From a virus (taxonomy: Duplodnaviria > Heunggongvirae > Uroviricota > Caudoviricetes), in the IMG/VR virus record IMGVR_UViG_3300028800_000057: a stretch of 26,812 bases of DNA. One strand, written 5' to 3'. The stretch's first letter is position 1, and the number at the start of each line of letters is the position of its first letter. The position numbers were made by a program, and so were the translations under genes. Positions 22,913 to 26,812 of this stretch are shown here, in pieces. The notes beneath the pieces were generated by a model. It was not told the DNA's origin and made no database searches. It saw only the letters and a program-made list of their open reading frames with translations.

Positions 22913-24032
22913 CGAACTGAAGCTACCCAAGAACAACCTTTTCAAACTAACTTGCCGTGATCACCACGATTCTGCAAACTACACGTTTACGTGGGAGCTG
23001 ACCTCTAAAGGGTCTGAGCTACTTCAAGAGAATAGTATCAGATTCCCTTTTATGTACGTCTTTGCTGTCGAGGAACTACCTGCGAGTAAGATCAAAGGGC
23101 ACGCTGAAGGTTGTGGGTGCAGGGGTTGCGGGGGTCATAGTAGGGTGGTTGAAGAAGAACTGTTCTGTCTTCATGAAGGGGCTGGTCAGCTTCAATTCCA
23201 CAAATCAGGTGAGTTCAAGATCTACGCAATGGTCATCTGGGATTACGGACGAGCTGACCCGACATGGCGGAGCCATCGGTCCCATGTGCGAAAGAGCCTA
23301 GACTTCTACAGTCGATCAATACTCGAGGGTGATGGTGATCTAAAAGGCAACTTTCTCTCCCACGTCGAGGAGGATGCTATTCACATTGGAAGTAGCTTTT
23401 TCGCTAACACACCCAACCCAATCCTCTGGTGGTGGGCTAATCTGTGGTTCGATTCAGAGCCTGTTAATACATGTCAGTACAGGAATAGGCTTTGGTTCGC
23501 CCCAGGGCTCTTGATTAAAGTACCCGTCGTAAGTGTGTATGTAGTCATCAGAGGTTTTCTGATGTTTATGGCGTTCCTTGGGTCACTTCTCATTGCCATG
23601 CGACCCAGCTTCGTTCATTGGCGCCCAATGTTCCATGCCTTCAGTAGCACCTGGGGGCAAATGTTCGAGTTCAGTGAGAGTAAGTCCAACTGGGCATTCC
23701 GTGCGAAGGGAGCTGAAGAGGACCGTGGGGTCTTTGGTACCATCATTCGAATGCCGTTCGTTTGGATCGGTAGTCCAAGTGGTATCTACTACTTGATTAG
23801 ATCAATAACTCACTACCCAAAGGCATATCTTGGGGTCGTCCTTGGATTGGTCCTAATCGTGGGAGTAGCACTAGGACTTCACTACCTGACTCAATTCATC
23901 AATTCCAGAAGAAAGTCGGTGCACCTCTACTACGAGGTGGTACCCGTTGAGCAGCCCAAGAAGCGTCGAATCCCGCTTCGGGTTAGGTGGCTTGACGCCA
24001 AAGGGCAAATGTGTCTACCTTACCCCAAATGA
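22899..24032 (+). CDS. Membrane protein of 377 aa.
   Basis: Internal ATG at 22899 overlaps the upstream gene's end by 14 nt; the track ORF starts at 22761. Hydrophobic segments: VPVVSVYVVIRGFLMFMAFLGSLLIAM and LGVVLGLVLIVGVALGL. GCGCRGCGG is Cys-rich. Confidence 0.5.
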   Translation, partial: PMSLDELKLPKNNLFKLTCRDHHDSANYTFTWELTSKGSELLQENSIRFPFMYVFAVEELPASKIKGHAEGCGCRGCGGHSRVVEEELFCLHEGAGQLQFHKSGEFKIYAMVIWDYGRADPTWRSHRSHVRKSLDFYSRSILEGDGDLKGNFLSHVEEDAIHIGSSFFANTPNPILWWWANLWFDSEPVNTCQYRNRLWFAPGLLIKVPVVSVYVVIRGFLMFMAFLGSLLIAMRPSFVHWRPMFHAFSSTWGQMFEFSESKSNWAFRAKGAEEDRGVFGTIIRMPFVWIGSPSGIYYLIRSITHYPKAYLGVVLGLVLIVGVALGLHYLTQFINSRRKSVHLYYEVVPVEQPKKRRIPLRVRWLDAKGQMCLPYPK

Positions 24033-24214
24033 AGAAGCCAGCGCGCTACCACAAGCTGAGCCAAGCCTTGGCCTGCATCAAGGACGAGACTTGGTTCTCG
24101 TGGTCAAAGAATCGTCTGCTCAAGCGTGCTGGGAATGCGGTAAAGCGCGCGAGCCGTCGGGTTAGCAAGCTGCAGGGAAAGCGTGAGATAGCCGATGTCA
24201 CAAGAGAAATGTAA
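24029..24214 (+). CDS. Small basic protein of 61 aa.
   Basis: ATGA overlap with the upstream stop at 24029-24032. Sequence MKKPARYHKL... is Lys/Arg-rich. Confidence 0.4.
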   Translation: MKKPARYHKLSQALACIKDETWFSWSKNRLLKRAGNAVKRASRRVSKLQGKREIADVTREM

Positions 24215-24222
24215 ATGCTGCG

Positions 24223-24576
24223 ATGGATCGGGTTCAGTCCCAACGGGTTGGCATACTCGCCAGGGAACTGAATACATTTTCACTCCAGATGGTGAATTCA
24301 AGGAGTGCTTCGGTTGTGATGGGACAGGTGTACCATTACGCTTACGTGAGGGTACACCCAATGCTTGAGCCTATTGAAGCCGGTGGTACTTGGACTAGTG
24401 TAACCGAGTGTGAAGTATGCTCAACCACCTGTAGTGTCAGATTTGAGCATACTGTAGATGAGCTAGGTCCGAGCCTGAAAGCACAGTTGCCACCCGGGTG
24501 GGCTTTCTTCAAAGAGGCTCCAACTAGTACGGCAATCATGTGCCCTGAGCATGCTGTGACTCAGAGTCATGACTGA
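24223..24576 (+). CDS. Hypothetical protein of 117 aa with CEVCSTTC.
   Basis: Track ORF. Confidence 0.4.
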   Translation: MDRVQSQRVGILARELNTFSLQMVNSRSASVVMGQVYHYAYVRVHPMLEPIEAGGTWTSVTECEVCSTTCSVRFEHTVDELGPSLKAQLPPGWAFFKEAPTSTAIMCPEHAVTQSHD

Positions 24577-24907
24577 GGTCCTCTACTTCAAGCCAGAGGG
24601 TCAACCAGAGACATTCGAGGGGGCTATCGAAGCCCTTGGCAACCGCCTAAAGAATGAGAGCAAGCATTGGGTTCAGACGGAGTCCGATATTGAAGTCCTG
24701 AGGGACGGGCTCCAGGCAATCATCGGGGTGAGCATCCGTAACCTGTTATCCCTTTGGGCTGAGACCTCGCCCTTGTACCTGCACATGGAGAGCCGCTTCG
24801 ATCTTCACGACTCCTACAAGATGGCTGATCTCATCATTCTCGAGTATCGTCGTCGAGCGGTTCCAACTCGGTATGAGCGTGTCCTCGATGGTAACCGTTC
24901 GCCTTGA
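24569..24907 (+). CDS. Hypothetical protein of 112 aa with a C-terminal PTRYERVLDGNRSP.
   Basis: Its start overlaps the upstream gene by 8 nt (ATGACTGA). It carries the RYER motif. Confidence 0.5.
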   Translation: MTEVLYFKPEGQPETFEGAIEALGNRLKNESKHWVQTESDIEVLRDGLQAIIGVSIRNLLSLWAETSPLYLHMESRFDLHDSYKMADLIILEYRRRAVPTRYERVLDGNRSP

Positions 24908-25451
24908 CGAGTCCTGCATCAACTGCGCTCGGTACCACCGAGTGAGCCTTGTGGGCCATCCAATTATCTCGGTACTTCTGAGCTAAAGGCTTGTACTTGA
25001 TGAACAGGGCGTTCTCAGCGTTGTACTTCTCAGCCTGATTCGTGTAGTTGAACGACCCAGTTTCTACGGCGCCTGGGATGATGATGAGCTTGTTATGGGC
25101 AATCGGATGCTTCTTGTCGATGAGAACATCCATACCATTGTTCAGGAAGTCCTGGAGTACCGCGGTCCCAAGGTCAGACCGGTCTAAGAGTATGTGGACT
25201 ATGCCCTTCTTGGCGATGAGGGCGTTCTCGATGCTCGAGTCCGTAAAGCTGTAGGCTTGGACAAGGATCTCCTTGTCCTCGGAATTGATGAAGTTGACGA
25301 TCTTAGCTTCGCAACCACCAGCCGGTGAGAAGCAGACGTCCAGCCCTGAGACAGTGATGCTTGCCCCTACCTCGTCATTTTGAACAATAGTCTGTTCTGA
25401 CTTATGGGTGCAAGAACACAGGAGTAAGGCCAACAGAACAGGTTTCAGCAT
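24834..25451 (-). CDS. Nuc-like endonuclease of the phospholipase D (HKD) superfamily with an N-terminal signal peptide.
   Basis: HNKLIIIPGAVETGSFNYTNQAEKYNAENALFI matches HxK...GSxNxT...N.EN of Nuc/PLD. An internal ATG at 25451 gives signal peptide MLKPVLLALLLCSC. The track ORF starts at 25532. Confidence 0.8.
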   Translation of the reverse strand: MLKPVLLALLLCSCTHKSEQTIVQNDEVGASITVSGLDVCFSPAGGCEAKIVNFINSEDKEILVQAYSFTDSSIENALIAKKGIVHILLDRSDLGTAVLQDFLNNGMDVLIDKKHPIAHNKLIIIPGAVETGSFNYTNQAEKYNAENALFIKYKPLAQKYRDNWMAHKAHSVVPSAVDAGLVKANGYHRGHAHTELEPLDDDTRE

Positions 25452-25468
25452 GATACTAGTCCGGAATA

Positions 25469-25585
25469 TCAACGCATTACCCGGATAATCTCCGGCGGTC
25501 GATAACTGTACCCCGCGATCACGAACGCACAACCCAGGGTGACCAACGCTATGAGGATGACTAAGTTCAGATCTCTAAGGGTCAT
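25469..25585 (-). CDS. Possible 38-aa single-TM peptide MTLRDLNLVILIALVTLGCAFVIAGYSYRPPEIIRVMR. It is below the track's size cutoff.
   Basis: Hand-translated small ORF between the coiled-coil protein gene and the nuclease gene. It is hydrophobic. Confidence 0.25.
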   Translation of the reverse strand: MTLRDLNLVILIALVTLGCAFVIAGYSYRPPEIIRVMR

Positions 25586-25628
25586 AGTAACTGCCAAAGA
25601 TACGCTTGGCTAGTCAGTATGTCCATAG

Positions 25629-26156
25629 TTAGATCACCGGGTCCCGTTCGTATCGGCTCTTACGGTGATGGTCCGCTGGCTTAGGGTTAGGGTCTTCCTT
25701 CTCTGGGGGCTGAGGTTTCTCCGGTATCGAGGGAGAGGGTTCGACGGTCTCCCTCGTGTGAGTGACTCTAATCTCGACGCCTGGTCGGACTAATCCATTC
25801 CCATCGAAGATATGATCTATAGACTGCCCAATCGAATTAAGTGATTGGGCAAGAGCATCAACCACACCAACTGGTCTCCTATCTACACTTCTGGACTGTA
25901 GTGGTAGAGCAGCTGTTAAACTATGAAGTTGCCTTCGTTCCTCTGCAAGACGATCCCGCTCTCTTTGAAGTTCAGCTCGACGAGTCTCCATCTCCTCTCG
26001 TACTTCAGCTCGAAGCCTCTCCTCTATGGTTCGCTCTGAACTACGCGGAACCGGGACATTACCTTCGATTGATTTGATGGTAGCTTTGACCGCCAGCACG
26101 ACTAACGTGATGATTCCAATTGTAGCAAGTATGAACAGGACGACTATTCTAGCCAT
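25629..26156 (-). CDS. Membrane-anchored coiled-coil protein of 175 aa with a C-terminal SRYERDPVI tail.
   Basis: N-terminal TM helix IVVLFILATIGIITLVVLAV. A charged heptad region REEMETRRAELQRERDRLAEERRQL. It carries the RYER tail. Confidence 0.55.
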   Translation of the reverse strand: MARIVVLFILATIGIITLVVLAVKATIKSIEGNVPVPRSSERTIEERLRAEVREEMETRRAELQRERDRLAEERRQLHSLTAALPLQSRSVDRRPVGVVDALAQSLNSIGQSIDHIFDGNGLVRPGVEIRVTHTRETVEPSPSIPEKPQPPEKEDPNPKPADHHRKSRYERDPVI

Positions 26157-26174
26157 TTCGTCCTGTTCCTTGTC

Positions 26175-26812
26175 TCATAGTTGCACTTCTCTGGCAAGCT
26201 CCAATAGCTTCTCCCGAGTATTTAACTCCGGATCATCCGTGACGGACTCCAGGAGGCTTGCCAGGACCTTTCCGATGGCTGGCCCTGGGCTGAGCCCCAA
26301 GTGAGTCATCACGTCGTGTCCGTTGATGACAAGCACCTTGGTTGACGTCGGGATGACCTCGGTCAACCTCATGCTGGCTACTCGAGCTTCCAAGTCGTTG
26401 ATTGTGGCTGGTTCAAGCTCAACTCGGGCACTACCCTTACCGGCGATGTCCGCGCGAGCGAGGGTGCATAGAGTTTGAACGTTCTCCAGTCCAACCTTTC
26501 GAACCCATCTCCTGAGCGCCGGGGCTGACCATCCGATTTCATACCGGATGAAGTGGTGCCTGACCAGGTGGACAATCTTTTCCCGGTCCCCTGTCGAGAA
26601 TTTCATCCTGGTTAGGATTTCATCAGTACGCTTGCCCCCGACGATCTCGTGGTCGTAGAAGGTGGCGTCCCCGTGGACCGGATGCACCCCTTTCGTTTCC
26701 GGCTTCGATACATCATGGAAGAGAGCTCCGAACCGAAGTATCGGGTTATCAGCTGGACAGTTCTCGAGGGTGACCATGGTATGGCCCCAGACGTCGAAGG
26801 CGTGGTACCGGT
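26175..26812 (-). CDS. C-terminal HD domain of a CCA-adding enzyme or poly(A) polymerase-like tRNA nucleotidyltransferase. It is partial; the N-terminus lies beyond the window.
   Basis: RFGALFHDVSKP...HGDATFYDHEIVGG is the HD motif. The frame stays open upstream of the annotated M through to 26812. Confidence 0.7.
   Translation of the reverse strand, partial: RYHAFDVWGHTMVTLENCPADNPILRFGALFHDVSKPETKGVHPVHGDATFYDHEIVGGKRTDEILTRMKFSTGDREKIVHLVRHHFIRYEIGWSAPALRRWVRKVGLENVQTLCTLARADIAGKGSARVELEPATINDLEARVASMRLTEVIPTSTKVLVINGHDVMTHLGLSPGPAIGKVLASLLESVTDDPELNTREKLLELAREVQL

Noticed and set aside
1-26812. CRISPR arrays.
   Set aside because: No interspersed direct repeats with unique spacers of similar length were found. 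The only tandem repeats are in-frame coding repeats (PT linker, KKVEPKKAPEP, QALEQEKASQ).

Overview
This window reads as a dense, mobile-element-rich accessory region of a prokaryote-like or large-DNA-virus-like genome, with GC close to 50% by eye. It carries about 45 mostly short genes that switch strand frequently. Many gene pairs are coupled by ATGA or TAATG overlaps, and three convergent pairs share stop-codon bases (CTAG, CTAG, CTAA). Mobile elements: an IS607-type element with an MerR-HTH serine recombinase TnpA and a TnpB with an intact RuvC D-E-D triad, and a separate IS4/IS5-like DDE transposase with an N-terminal SWIM zinc finger. Other recognisable genes: a free-standing HNH endonuclease, a NADAR (YbiA-like) protein, a HAD-type phosphatase, a cysteine-type protein/RNA phosphatase (HCTHGQDRTG), a papain-like C1 peptidase with a Pro-Thr linker insertion, a translationally coupled ParB/Srx-like zinc-ribbon protein plus AAA+ ATPase pair, a thymidine kinase whose P-loop reads GPMFSDKT, a large HExxH protein, a Cas2-like small protein, a signal-peptide Nuc/PLD-family endonuclease, and the C-terminal HD domain of a CCA-adding enzyme running off the right edge. 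No rRNA, tRNA or CRISPR array was found. Three things the gene calls do not explain stand out. First, seven otherwise unrelated small proteins carry a shared peptide motif [ST]-R-Y-E-R, usually as a C-terminal tail such as SRYERxxVI-stop or RYERIIR. Second, a GGTGTA hexamer (often YCGGTGTA) sits 8-35 nt upstream of at least ten start codons in sense orientation, including a perfect palindrome GGTGTA-n3-TACACC between two divergent genes. Third, gene ends carry perfect 10-12 bp hairpins without U tracts. Two intergenic regions 4.5 kb apart also share a mosaic of 12-17 nt motifs. The organism cannot be assigned from sequence alone.
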